Notes under the pieces: generated by a model | What the model was told of the DNA's origin: nothing | Databases searched by the model: none | The model's input: only the letters and a program-made list of their open reading frames with translations | Source of the DNA: Anaerolineales bacterium | Lineage (GTDB): Bacteria > Chloroflexota > Anaerolineae > Anaerolineales > RBG-16-64-43 | NCBI GenBank assembly: GCA_016928575.1 | Contig: JAFGKK010000002.1 | Span: 65,519-129,518, forward strand | Length of the DNA: 64,000 bases | Reading direction: 5' to 3' | Shown here: one piece after another, positions 49,526 through 57,904 of the stretch | Numbering within the stretch: the first letter of the stretch is position 1 | Layout of the letters: each line of letters opens with the position of its first letter | Translations under genes and position numbers: made by a program

Positions 49526-50380
49526 GTGTCCGAAAAAGAATATATTCTATTCTGCGACGAGTCCGATAAGCGCGGCAAATACTATTCCAATTTCTATGGC
49601 GGAGTCCTGGTAGGTGCATCATAATATCAACGCGTTTCAAGGCGCCTTGGAGAAGTTAAAACCGGTCAAAATCTGTTTGGCGAGATCAAATGGGAGAAAG
49701 TCACCGATCGGTATCTTGAAAAATACAAACGGCTTATCCATGCGTTCTTCGAAGAGATCTCCAGGGGGAATCTCCGTGTTCGGGTAATGTTCCACCAGAA
49801 TGCGAATCGGCCGCGGGCTTTGGCGCGCATGCAAGTGGAATTCGAATACTTTCTACTCTATTACCAGTTCATCAAACATGCCTTCGGGCTGGAATTCGCG
49901 CCGGGCCCAATCCGGATGCGCCTGTATTTTGATACCTTCCCCGACACCGAGGAAAAAACCGCGCAGTTCAAGGGCTATCTGCTGGGCCTGACAAAAACAA
50001 AAAGATGGCGCACCGTCGACATCCAGCGCGAGGATATCACGGAAGTGCGCACCCGCAACCATGTCCTCCTGCAATGCCTGGATATCGTATTTGGTTCCAT
50101 GTCATTCCGTTTAAACGATAAGCACAAGGAAAAACTGGCTGATTCGAGCCGGCGGAGAAAACGCACGATCGCAAAGGAACAACTTTACCGCTTTATCTTG
50201 GCGGAAATTGGGAAAATACATCCGAGGTTCAACATTGGCATTAGCACCAGCTTGCATGGAGATGCCAACCGACAGTGGAGTGATCCCTATCTGCATTGGA
50301 ATTTCGTTCCCGCGGATGGAGTGTTCGAATCTACGCTTACCAAACCGCGGAGAAAGGGGAAAAAAGAAAACCCCATCTGA
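49526..50380 (+). pseudogene. DUF3800-family protein interrupted by one in-frame TAA
   Basis: From GTG 49526 the frame reads SEKEYILFCDESDKRGKYYSNFYGGVLVGAS*YQRV..GEIKWEKV..RVRVMFHQN.. and continues into the 197-aa ORF. The N-terminal (Y/F)CDES motif is the DUF3800 hallmark. The TAA lies at 49622-49624. Confidence 0.6.
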
Positions 50381-50625
50381 CCTACATATGTATCTGGCGC
50401 ATAACGTCAGACTTCGGTCAGACAGGGTTTCATTTACGTAGTAAATATAGCATAATAAATAGGTTCTGTCCATAAACGCATTGTTTTTGGCTGGTGTAAA
50501 GGCAGATTCCTGAACTTGCGCATGATTGAACGAAGGGGGAAAACGGGCATAAATCCAAAAGCGATTATCAAGAATAGGCCTGATCGGACAGATAATTGAC
50601 GCATCAATAATCACTGGAGGGGACC

Positions 50626-52074
50626 ATGCACATCATCGCCAATCGCTGGAAAAACCTGACCGATGGGTATCGATCCGCGCAGGATTCATCTGCCACGCTC
50701 GACCGCAAATGGGCCGGGGAACTGAAGGAAGTAAACAAAGACCTAAATCCATACCTCGCACAAAGCATCTCGAAGCAGAAAGAATACCTCCGCCTCGCAA
50801 TCGGTTCGTTATTGGCAAGCCTGACCGTTATTCTGGCCGTGGTAACCCTGCCGCTCTCCATATACTTCTACATCCGGTACCGGTTGCTGAAGCGTGATAA
50901 TGACAGGCTGTCACACCCCCCGTCTCCCGACATCATGCCCCGATGGTGGAGGGCCGTCGAGTCCGGATTTGCGGCGATCGAAAAAGACGGCGATATCGGG
51001 GAGGTGGAACTGATCCGCAGCCTCGCCTTCCGTTTGCCCGATACCCATATGGCCATCCGGGGCTTGCTGGTGGATATGAGCCTCGACGTCGATGTGTTGA
51101 TCCTGGGCGATTCCGGCGCCTGGAACCTCGAGAGCAAGTATTGGAGCGGGGCGCTTTCCTTCAAGAACGGCCGCTGGTCGAGGATCAAATCCTACTACGC
51201 CCGGGGAGGCATACCGGTGAACGAACGCCAGGACATGGAGAAGGGATTCGACGCCCAGTGGCAGCGTGAAACCAAGGAACTTGGCCGGACCCTGGAAAGA
51301 CGGGCGGCGAAGGCCGGCGCGGAGCTGGCCGGTCACATCAAGGGGGGCCTGGTATTCACCCATCCCGACGTGAGATTGGCGATCGATCCGGATTGTCCGG
51401 TGAAGTGCGGGAAGACGGATTATTGGATAAAGAGGATTCTTGAAAGCCCGGCCGTCATCCGGCTGGATACCCGGTCGCAACTGGAAACGCTGGACGCGCT
51501 GATCGATTATTCGGACAAATGCCAGGCGCAGAACAGACTATCCGCTGTGGACCCGGTGAAAAAAATCGCCGCAAAGACCGACTCGGAGATCACCGGTTAT
51601 CTAAAATTCGCCAAGCAATGGCTGGCCAAGGCGAAGGATACGGCGCACAGCGAAGCCAAGGCGCCGGCGGGTCCTGCCAAGGCCGCACCTGTTGCGTCGC
51701 CCGCAAAAACACCACCGGTAGTAAAACCGGTTTCTCCAAAAAGGAACCATCGGTGGCTGTTGGGATTGGCCGCCGCGGCCATCATCGCGGGAGCGGCGCT
51801 CTGCGGCTTGCTGGTCATCCCGGCGGCCGGGATTAACGCGCCCGAAGCCTGCGCCTACGAAACGACCATGATCTACGACCAGCCGATATCCAAGGCGCAC
51901 ACCAGCGGAGAGCTTGAGAAAAAGGAATGCGTCCGGATCGACGCGAAAACAACAAGCGGGTGGGGGAGGATCACCGGATTGACCGTATACCGCGGAAAAT
52001 GGGTTTACCTGGGCGTGTTCACCTACGATCCAAAAGAGATATCCAAGCTGCCGATTGTAAAACCCAAGCAGTGA
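50626..52074 (+). CDS. Membrane-associated NERD (nuclease-related) domain protein with C-terminal SH3-like segment
   Basis: NERD core GDIGEVELIRSLAFRLPDTHMAIRGLLV..LDVDVLILGDSGAWNLESKYWSG. Hydrophobic helices lie at about aa 60-85 and 395-420. Pro/Ala/Lys-rich linker. Confidence 0.65.
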   Translation: MHIIANRWKNLTDGYRSAQDSSATLDRKWAGELKEVNKDLNPYLAQSISKQKEYLRLAIGSLLASLTVILAVVTLPLSIYFYIRYRLLKRDNDRLSHPPSPDIMPRWWRAVESGFAAIEKDGDIGEVELIRSLAFRLPDTHMAIRGLLVDMSLDVDVLILGDSGAWNLESKYWSGALSFKNGRWSRIKSYYARGGIPVNERQDMEKGFDAQWQRETKELGRTLERRAAKAGAELAGHIKGGLVFTHPDVRLAIDPDCPVKCGKTDYWIKRILESPAVIRLDTRSQLETLDALIDYSDKCQAQNRLSAVDPVKKIAAKTDSEITGYLKFAKQWLAKAKDTAHSEAKAPAGPAKAAPVASPAKTPPVVKPVSPKRNHRWLLGLAAAAIIAGAALCGLLVIPAAGINAPEACAYETTMIYDQPISKAHTSGELEKKECVRIDAKTTSGWGRITGLTVYRGKWVYLGVFTYDPKEISKLPIVKPKQ

Positions 52075-53175
52075 TTGGAGTTCCCGTTGAAACCCATGCA
52101 AACGATCCTGTCCCTGACCCATGGTTGGAATCTACCGCGAGACGAAAAAGACGCGGAAAGGCTCATCTCCGCCTATTATGAACTATCCACGGCCGAAGGT
52201 AAGAAACTGGCGCAAAAGGTTCTCCATTCCAAAGATGAAAAAACCTGTGAAATAATACTCCTCAACCTTTCCCTGTTGGTTCCCGGTTCTCTGGAAGGCC
52301 ATTATCCTGAAATCATCGAACGCAGGTTTTTCGATTGGTATGAGTATTTCCGGTATGCGGAACCTGATGTCCGGGAGATGATCATAAAAAGGATCCGGTC
52401 CGAAAAAGAACCGAAGATGAAACGGGGGTTGATTTATGCCTTGGCTTGGATCGGGGATATTCCTGCGCAAAAGGAACTGGCCGCCATGGCCGATCAGAAT
52501 GTGGATTGGGGGAGTCCGGAGGCGGAAAAACTCGCGCCCACGATTTCGCACCTCATTCCCATGGCCGGTTGGGAATTGACGGGAAAGGGCGAGCGCAGGG
52601 ATCTCTATCTGCCGACGGCGTACGACTTGGACTTGATCGATCGTGAACCGACCGAGATTACTCGGGGATCCTGTCCGTGGTGCGGAACGGAGTTGAAACC
52701 GACATTCGAATTTGATCTTTCGGACGAAAGAACCAGGGAAATCGGACTTGACGGCGGGAAGATAATTCTCGGCATGTGCACGCGCTGCGTGCAGTACGCA
52801 GCGATCTTCACCGAATTGGATGCACAAGGCGGCTTCCGGTGGAGCCCGCACAATGAGAAACCCTCCAACCTTCCGGAGGCCTTTCCCGATCCGGATGAAA
52901 TCGGAGCGTTCTGGTCGATGAACCGGATCCGGATCGGCAAACAAAGACGTTCCCCGTACGAGAGAGTGGCCTGGTTACCGACCGGAATGGAGCGATTCGG
53001 AGGCTTTCCGGGTTGGGTGCAATGGCCGGAATACCCGGTTTGCCCATCCTGCAAGCGCAGGATGGTTTGCTTAGCGCATGTGGATTATGCTTCGACCGGG
53101 CAAGCCTCCGGTGTGGCGTATGGCTTTCTCTGCAAGGAATGCCTGATGGGGGCGGTGAATATGCAGTGCGATTAG
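52075..53175 (+). CDS. Hypothetical protein with HEAT-like N-terminus and Cys-rich (zinc-ribbon, DUF1963-like) C-terminus
   Basis: CPWCG..CTRC and CPSCKRRM..FLCKECL cysteine pairs. The terminal GGFPGWVQWPEYPVCPSCKRRMVCLAHVD..GVAYGFLCKEC resembles the DUF1963/YwqG end. It starts at TTG 52075 or ATG 52096, directly after the NERD stop. Confidence 0.45.
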   Translation: MEFPLKPMQTILSLTHGWNLPRDEKDAERLISAYYELSTAEGKKLAQKVLHSKDEKTCEIILLNLSLLVPGSLEGHYPEIIERRFFDWYEYFRYAEPDVREMIIKRIRSEKEPKMKRGLIYALAWIGDIPAQKELAAMADQNVDWGSPEAEKLAPTISHLIPMAGWELTGKGERRDLYLPTAYDLDLIDREPTEITRGSCPWCGTELKPTFEFDLSDERTREIGLDGGKIILGMCTRCVQYAAIFTELDAQGGFRWSPHNEKPSNLPEAFPDPDEIGAFWSMNRIRIGKQRRSPYERVAWLPTGMERFGGFPGWVQWPEYPVCPSCKRRMVCLAHVDYASTGQASGVAYGFLCKECLMGAVNMQCD

Positions 53176-53325
53176 CAGGCGGGAATTAGATTGCGTGATA
53201 GTAATACTGATAGAAATGGGCTTTACCTACAGACGAAAAACATCGTTTCAGGAAAATAATTATATAATGATATTCTGTGAGGACTATCAGCCTGAAAAAC
53301 CAGTAGAGAATAAGGGATAAATTAA

Positions 53326-54015
53326 ATGGATTCATTCAATATGTATCTTGCACTCATGAAAGAGCGCCCCGAGCTTTTTAAGAATACCGGAGAGAAGAAT
53401 GAGATTAAAATCATCCACAATCCGGAACGAATTCTTGCTGAGCAAGAGAAAATTAAGGCCGAGTTGCGTTCTAAAGGATTACCCGAGTATTGGATAGAAA
53501 TTGGTGTTTTATCTGAGGATGAATGGTTCTGGACAGTACGCGATATGGTTGAGTTTCCGAATGGTTTCGTTTGGGGGTATATCCGCCAAATAAACCGAAA
53601 AGTACAAGATGGGGGATTCGGAGTCATATTGTTATGTGCAAGAGAAGGGCAATTATTAATGATTAAAAAATTCCGGCATGAAGAACGGGGTTGGAGTTGG
53701 GAATTTCCTCGTGGCTTTGGCGATCCTAAACTAACGGCAAATGAAAACGCTCAGAAGGAATTACTAGAGGAAACAGGGCTTGTAGAAAAAAAGTTGGAAA
53801 TGCTTGCGGAAATAAAGGAAGGCAAAGGTGGATTGTCTGTATTCCTTGCAAGGATAGAATCCGATCAGAAGATTGTCAAGGATGACGTAGAAGGTATTGG
53901 TGAATATATATGGGTGTCAGAAAAGGATATTGAAAAATTAATCCTGGAAGGAAAGATAAAAGATTGGTTTTCATTGTGGGCTTTTATTTTAGCAAGAAGT
54001 AGAAAGATATTCTAG
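53326..54015 (+). CDS. NUDIX hydrolase (ADP-ribose pyrophosphatase-like)
   Basis: Nudix-box-like GFGDPKLTANENAQKELLEETGL. The KELLEETG core is present. L and K replace the first Glu and the Arg of the canonical GX5EX7REUXEEXGU. Very AT-rich. Confidence 0.75.
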   Translation: MDSFNMYLALMKERPELFKNTGEKNEIKIIHNPERILAEQEKIKAELRSKGLPEYWIEIGVLSEDEWFWTVRDMVEFPNGFVWGYIRQINRKVQDGGFGVILLCAREGQLLMIKKFRHEERGWSWEFPRGFGDPKLTANENAQKELLEETGLVEKKLEMLAEIKEGKGGLSVFLARIESDQKIVKDDVEGIGEYIWVSEKDIEKLILEGKIKDWFSLWAFILARSRKIF

Positions 54016-54029
54016 AAGGGATCAATGCT

Positions 54030-55361
54030 ATGCCGGGAAAAAAGAATGCTGATAATACATTTGTTGAAGCGCTTGACACCGTATTTCAGATTAGAAATCC
54101 TGACAGGGATGCTCGGCGGGTAAGTCGTTTATTGACCGGCAGTATCCTCTATTCAAGAGGATTGGCTTTTTCAGATACTATGCTGATCGATAACCTTGGA
54201 TTACGTCGACTATTTAGGAAGAACTCAGCCTTTAGGGAGTTAATATCACAAATCGGTGTTGCGGGAATTCGCAATGGTTCAGACAACCTGCTAAGCGTTG
54301 TTGAAAAGCAGATAAAGTCGGGGATGATATTTTCCTCCTTCCCAGAACAGTTGCGAAATAAAGTAAAAAATAACAAGTTAGATGAAGTAACAATTACCCC
54401 GGACGAAGTATTTTCTAAAGAGCCTGAATATTACCGATATATTGAAGCCCTAGATAATGCCCTAAATAGGACAAATAATAAATTTACAGCTTCTTGGGAA
54501 GTATATGAAACAGTGCTTAAGCGATTAATTGATAAAGAGAAATTACAACTAGCTGATAAGGGTGCTATTTATATATTGGACGGATTAATAGATAGAACAC
54601 GGATCTATGCGGCTAGTAAAGGTAGAAAACGTATAGATCGATCGGATTATTACAAAGTAGTCAGGCAAGGAATTGGATTGGAATATCCAGGCCCCGATAA
54701 TTCTCAACAAATAGTAATAGAATTCTTTGTGGATCGGGCATACCGCGAGAACTTCTGGATGAATAACAACGTATCCATTGTTTCCTTTACATCGAAAAAG
54801 GGGGCCGAATTATTTAAATCGGCGTTCCCTGAGCGCGAAAAGATGCTTAGGTATATGGATTTAAATAATAGTAAAATAATAAAATTACCTTCTATAGAGA
54901 TCGATACAAAGGCGATAATCTCACTAGATCAATTGGATTTTGATTTTCATATAGGCCTTCGAGAAGAAAATATTTCTCTAGATTATCTAGATACTATATA
55001 TAAAGCAGAAGATGACGGGGAAGCAAAAACTGTATTGCGTGAATATTGGTTATATATTGATAGCAAGATAGCCGAATATTACAAAAAGAAGAAAAAACCA
55101 CAATTACTTAAGAATGGAAAAATGGCGATAGAAATTGTTGCCATTACAGCAGAAGGGCTCAATCTCTATTCTGCATTACGTGCATATCAACAACTGTCGC
55201 CAAACTTAACTATATTACTTAGCGCCGCTGGAGCTGTATTAATAGTGGAATTAGTCAAAACACTATATGGCAAGATCGAAGAAACAGAAAGGGATAAACA
55301 AACAAAAACAGAACAAGACTTAAAAAAATATTTCAGGGATGTAATTATCGAGGATGAATAA
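54030..55361 (+). CDS. Hypothetical 443-aa protein with C-terminal hydrophobic segment
   Basis: Long uninterrupted AT-rich ORF starting 14 nt after the NUDIX gene. I recognise no domain. A hydrophobic stretch LTILLSAAGAVLIVELV lies near the C-terminus, followed by a charged tail. Confidence 0.6.
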   Translation: MPGKKNADNTFVEALDTVFQIRNPDRDARRVSRLLTGSILYSRGLAFSDTMLIDNLGLRRLFRKNSAFRELISQIGVAGIRNGSDNLLSVVEKQIKSGMIFSSFPEQLRNKVKNNKLDEVTITPDEVFSKEPEYYRYIEALDNALNRTNNKFTASWEVYETVLKRLIDKEKLQLADKGAIYILDGLIDRTRIYAASKGRKRIDRSDYYKVVRQGIGLEYPGPDNSQQIVIEFFVDRAYRENFWMNNNVSIVSFTSKKGAELFKSAFPEREKMLRYMDLNNSKIIKLPSIEIDTKAIISLDQLDFDFHIGLREENISLDYLDTIYKAEDDGEAKTVLREYWLYIDSKIAEYYKKKKKPQLLKNGKMAIEIVAITAEGLNLYSALRAYQQLSPNLTILLSAAGAVLIVELVKTLYGKIEETERDKQTKTEQDLKKYFRDVIIEDE

Positions 55362-55437
55362 ATGTGACAATAAAAAAATAATTATTTCTCATCAGCCCCC
55401 CCCGTCACTGCCCTTTCCTCACCCCCGACCCCAACAA

Positions 55438-55481
55438 CCCCTTTCCCCTCTCCTGACATATGTCAGGAGAGGGGAAAGGGG
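55438..55481. terminator. Perfect 21-bp inverted repeat between convergent genes (bidirectional terminator candidate)
   Basis: cccctttcccctctcctgaca ta tgtcaggagaggggaaagggg. An outer imperfect extension pairs cctcaccc with ggggtgagg. No clear U-tract. Confidence 0.5.
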
Positions 55482-55557
55482 ACAGGGGATAGGGGTGAGG
55501 ATGGAAAAGAGCAGGATTTCATTTCAATATTACTGAGGCTGAGCAGATGCAAATAAT

Positions 55558-55818
55558 CTACGAATAATGATTAATTATATCGCGGGGCGTATAATATTCC
55601 TTCTTAATACGCTTAACCAACTCATGGAGCATCTCCGAAAACTTCTCGTTGGGGACGTTTTCAAGGACGGTTGCGGAACTCTCCTGCACATCACCCTTCG
55701 AAAACAGCCCCGCAATCAGCTTCCCAACCTCCTCCGGCGACAGCATGGCATAGGCATCATCCGTCGTCCGGATGTCGGCGCGGATCATGTTCTCCGGCAA
55801 CGCCTTATCGTCCGCCAT
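55558..55818 (-). CDS. Hypothetical small protein
   Basis: 86-aa ORF with protein-like composition (MADDKALPENMIRADIRTTDDAYAMLSPEEVGKLIAGLF..). No recognisable domain. Confidence 0.35.
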   Translation of the reverse strand: MADDKALPENMIRADIRTTDDAYAMLSPEEVGKLIAGLFSKGDVQESSATVLENVPNEKFSEMLHELVKRIKKEYYTPRDIINHYS

Positions 55819-56247
55819 CGTCCCGGCCCGCAGGAGGCCGAAGACGGCGCGGCCGTGGCGGACCTTACGCGTGAACCGGGGCGCCGGAGCGACGCGGCGA
55901 TCGCGGGAGCAGGGCGGCTTCCGGCGCCGGATCGGATTCGCGACCGCCGCGCCATGGTAAAATGAAGGCGGAATTCATCGCCGCAATAATATCCGTATCC
56001 GTCCAGCCCATACGTTTCCGCAACCTGCCGCCGTCAAAGAAGACGGCCTTCTTTCCCCTCCTCCGGGCTTCCGCCTTTTTTCTTTGTTCCGCAAGCCGGC
56101 GGCGGGGGAAAAGCTTCCGAACGGCGGGCCCGGGCGCTTTTCCGGGAAGAAAGGTCCAGTTGAGCCGAGGGAAGCGGCGGGATGCCTGGCGGAGGCGGCT
56201 GGACCGGAATCCTGACCCGGCGCGACGGATGAAAGGAGAAAAGGACC

Positions 56248-56664
56248 ATGAGCGGGAAACCGATCTGCATCACCGAAAAGGACTTGGGGCGGTTGAAAAA
56301 ATTAATCCTGGATTCCGACACCACCGAATACCGCAAGAGCCCGTACCTGGAGCGGCTCAAAGAGGAGCTCGAGCGGGCGGCTGTCGTCCCGGCCGGGGAG
56401 ATACCCAACAGCGTGGTGACCATGAACTCGACGGTCTGCCTGGAAGACCTGGATACCGGGGAGGAGGAAACCTACACCTTGGTCTTCCCGGACCAGGCCG
56501 ATCTCAAGCTGGGGAAGGTATCGATCCTGGCTCCGATCGGCACCGCCATGCTGGGATACGAGACGGGGGATGTGTTCGAGTGGGAGGTCCCTTCAGGCAA
56601 GCGCAAACTGCGCGTGAAAAAGGTCCTCTATCAGCCGGAAGCCGCGGGGGATTTCCATTTGTAG
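56248..56664 (+). CDS. rnk: Nucleoside diphosphate kinase regulator (GreA/GreB C-terminal-domain family)
   Basis: 138 aa. ICITEKDLGRLKKLI.. followed by VTMNSTVCLEDLDTGEEETYTLVFPDQADLKLGKVSILAPIGTAMLGYETGDVFEW is the typical Rnk layout. Confidence 0.8.
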   Translation: MSGKPICITEKDLGRLKKLILDSDTTEYRKSPYLERLKEELERAAVVPAGEIPNSVVTMNSTVCLEDLDTGEEETYTLVFPDQADLKLGKVSILAPIGTAMLGYETGDVFEWEVPSGKRKLRVKKVLYQPEAAGDFHL

Positions 56665-56970
56665 TACCCGTCGCCGTGGCTGTTAACCGAAGGCTCTCTG
56701 GAAGGATCATGCATTCCGAAGGACCGCCGGCGGTTTTCGGCCTGAGTACCCCCCGGCGCGATCAAGACGCTTCCTTCCCGAGTCGGAGGGCGCGTTTTCG
56801 CCTTGTTTCCCCGGAGGCGGAATCCTCCGTTAATTCCTCGGCGGGATCGGAAGGGCTTGCGCGATATCCGCCGGTCTGTGTGTAGCGACGGCGCTGACGG
56901 ACTCGGGCGCGGCGGACCTCGGACGGATGGATTTCTTTGCCCCGCGGCGTACATACTCCCGCCCCCGTTG

Positions 56971-57075
56971 TTTATAATATCCTCCGCGCGGTTCAAGATC
57001 ATCCTTCACGCCGTTTGGCTGTCCGAAACCGCCCGTTGCGGCGCGCGCCCGGCGCTGTGGGCGGAGTGCGGCCGG
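56971..57075 (+). pseudogene. Start-less copy of the 5' end of the downstream SNF2 helicase gene (direct repeat copy 1)
   Basis: Manual alignment to 59790-59896: 70 of 79 ungapped identities (56997-57075 vs 59818-59896, offset 2821), plus 18 of 20 just upstream. It encodes (K)IILHAVWLSETARCGARPALWAECGR, against MIILHAVWLPETARCGARLALWAETGR. The ATG is replaced by AAG. Confidence 0.85.
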
Positions 57076-57105
57076 AAAGCGGAACGGGTTTTCATCGGAG
57101 GCCGG

Positions 57106-57139
57106 CCCCCGATACGAACGCTCGGGGGCTTGTTTTTTT
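57106..57139 (+). terminator. Rho-independent terminator candidate
   Basis: 7-bp stem cccccga/tcggggg, 9-nt loop, then cttgttttttt. It follows the SNF2 5' remnant. Confidence 0.55.
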
Positions 57140-57166
57140 AATTCCGCTTGCTCCGGCCCGGCCCGG

Positions 57167-57904
57167 CTACAGGATCCACCTGCGGTAGATGTTGCGCAGG
57201 CTGGCCAGGAACAATCCAACGCCGAACAGCGCGATCAGCCCGAAGGAAAGCGGATACGCCAGCGCGTTCTCGCCGCGGATCGCGCCGTGCAGGATGTCCA
57301 CGCCGTAGGTCAGCGGCAGCAGGTAGGAAAGCGGCTGCAGATAGACGGGCAGCGAGGCGACCGGCAGGAACAGCCCGCACAGGAAGATCATCGGGAAGCG
57401 GAAGAAGTTCGAGAAGGTCTGGGCCTCGAACACTTCGCTGACCGAGACGGCGATGAACAGGCCCAGGAAGGTGGAGGCCAGCGCGATCAGGATCACCGCC
57501 GCCAGCGCCAGCGGCCAATCCACGCCGGTAAGGTCGGTCAGCAGGGCGGCCAGCAGGGCCGGGATGAAGGCGTTGAGGATCCCGAAGAAAACCGCGCCGC
57601 CGGTTTTGGCCAGCATGAGCAGCCAGAGCGGAATGGGCGCGAGCAGCAGGCGTTCGAAGGATCGGTGCTTCTTTTCGAAGGTGACGGTGACGGACAGCAT
57701 CGAGGTGGTGCCGAACAGGATCGAGACCGCCATCATCCCGGGCAGGATCGAGCGGATGTTCTCTGGCCCCGTGCCGGAACGGAGGAAGAACATCCCCGCC
57801 CAGGCGAGCGGGAAGATCAACCCCCAGCTGATGTTGGGCGGCTTGAGGTAATAGGCGCGCATATCTTTCCAGAGGATGTTCCAGAACGCGATCCAGCGCT
57901 TCAT
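57167..57904 (-). CDS. ABC-2 type transporter permease
   Basis: 245 aa from ATG 57904 (MKRWIAFWNILWKDMRAYY..), six TM segments. ATGA overlap with the upstream ATPase stop. Confidence 0.8.
   Translation of the reverse strand: MKRWIAFWNILWKDMRAYYLKPPNISWGLIFPLAWAGMFFLRSGTGPENIRSILPGMMAVSILFGTTSMLSVTVTFEKKHRSFERLLLAPIPLWLLMLAKTGGAVFFGILNAFIPALLAALLTDLTGVDWPLALAAVILIALASTFLGLFIAVSVSEVFEAQTFSNFFRFPMIFLCGLFLPVASLPVYLQPLSYLLPLTYGVDILHGAIRGENALAYPLSFGLIALFGVGLFLASLRNIYRRWIL

Noticed and set aside
49392-49834. Two minus-strand ORFs (49392-49640 and 49637-49834) from the ORF track
   Set aside because: They are antisense to a plus-strand frame that carries the DUF3800 N-terminal hallmark and continues into the 197-aa ORF. 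I interpreted the locus as one plus-strand pseudogene.
55962-56885. 307-aa ORF overlapping rnk in another frame
   Set aside because: Its translation is Arg/Gly/Pro-rich and non-protein-like, and rnk in the other frame has a clear family signature.
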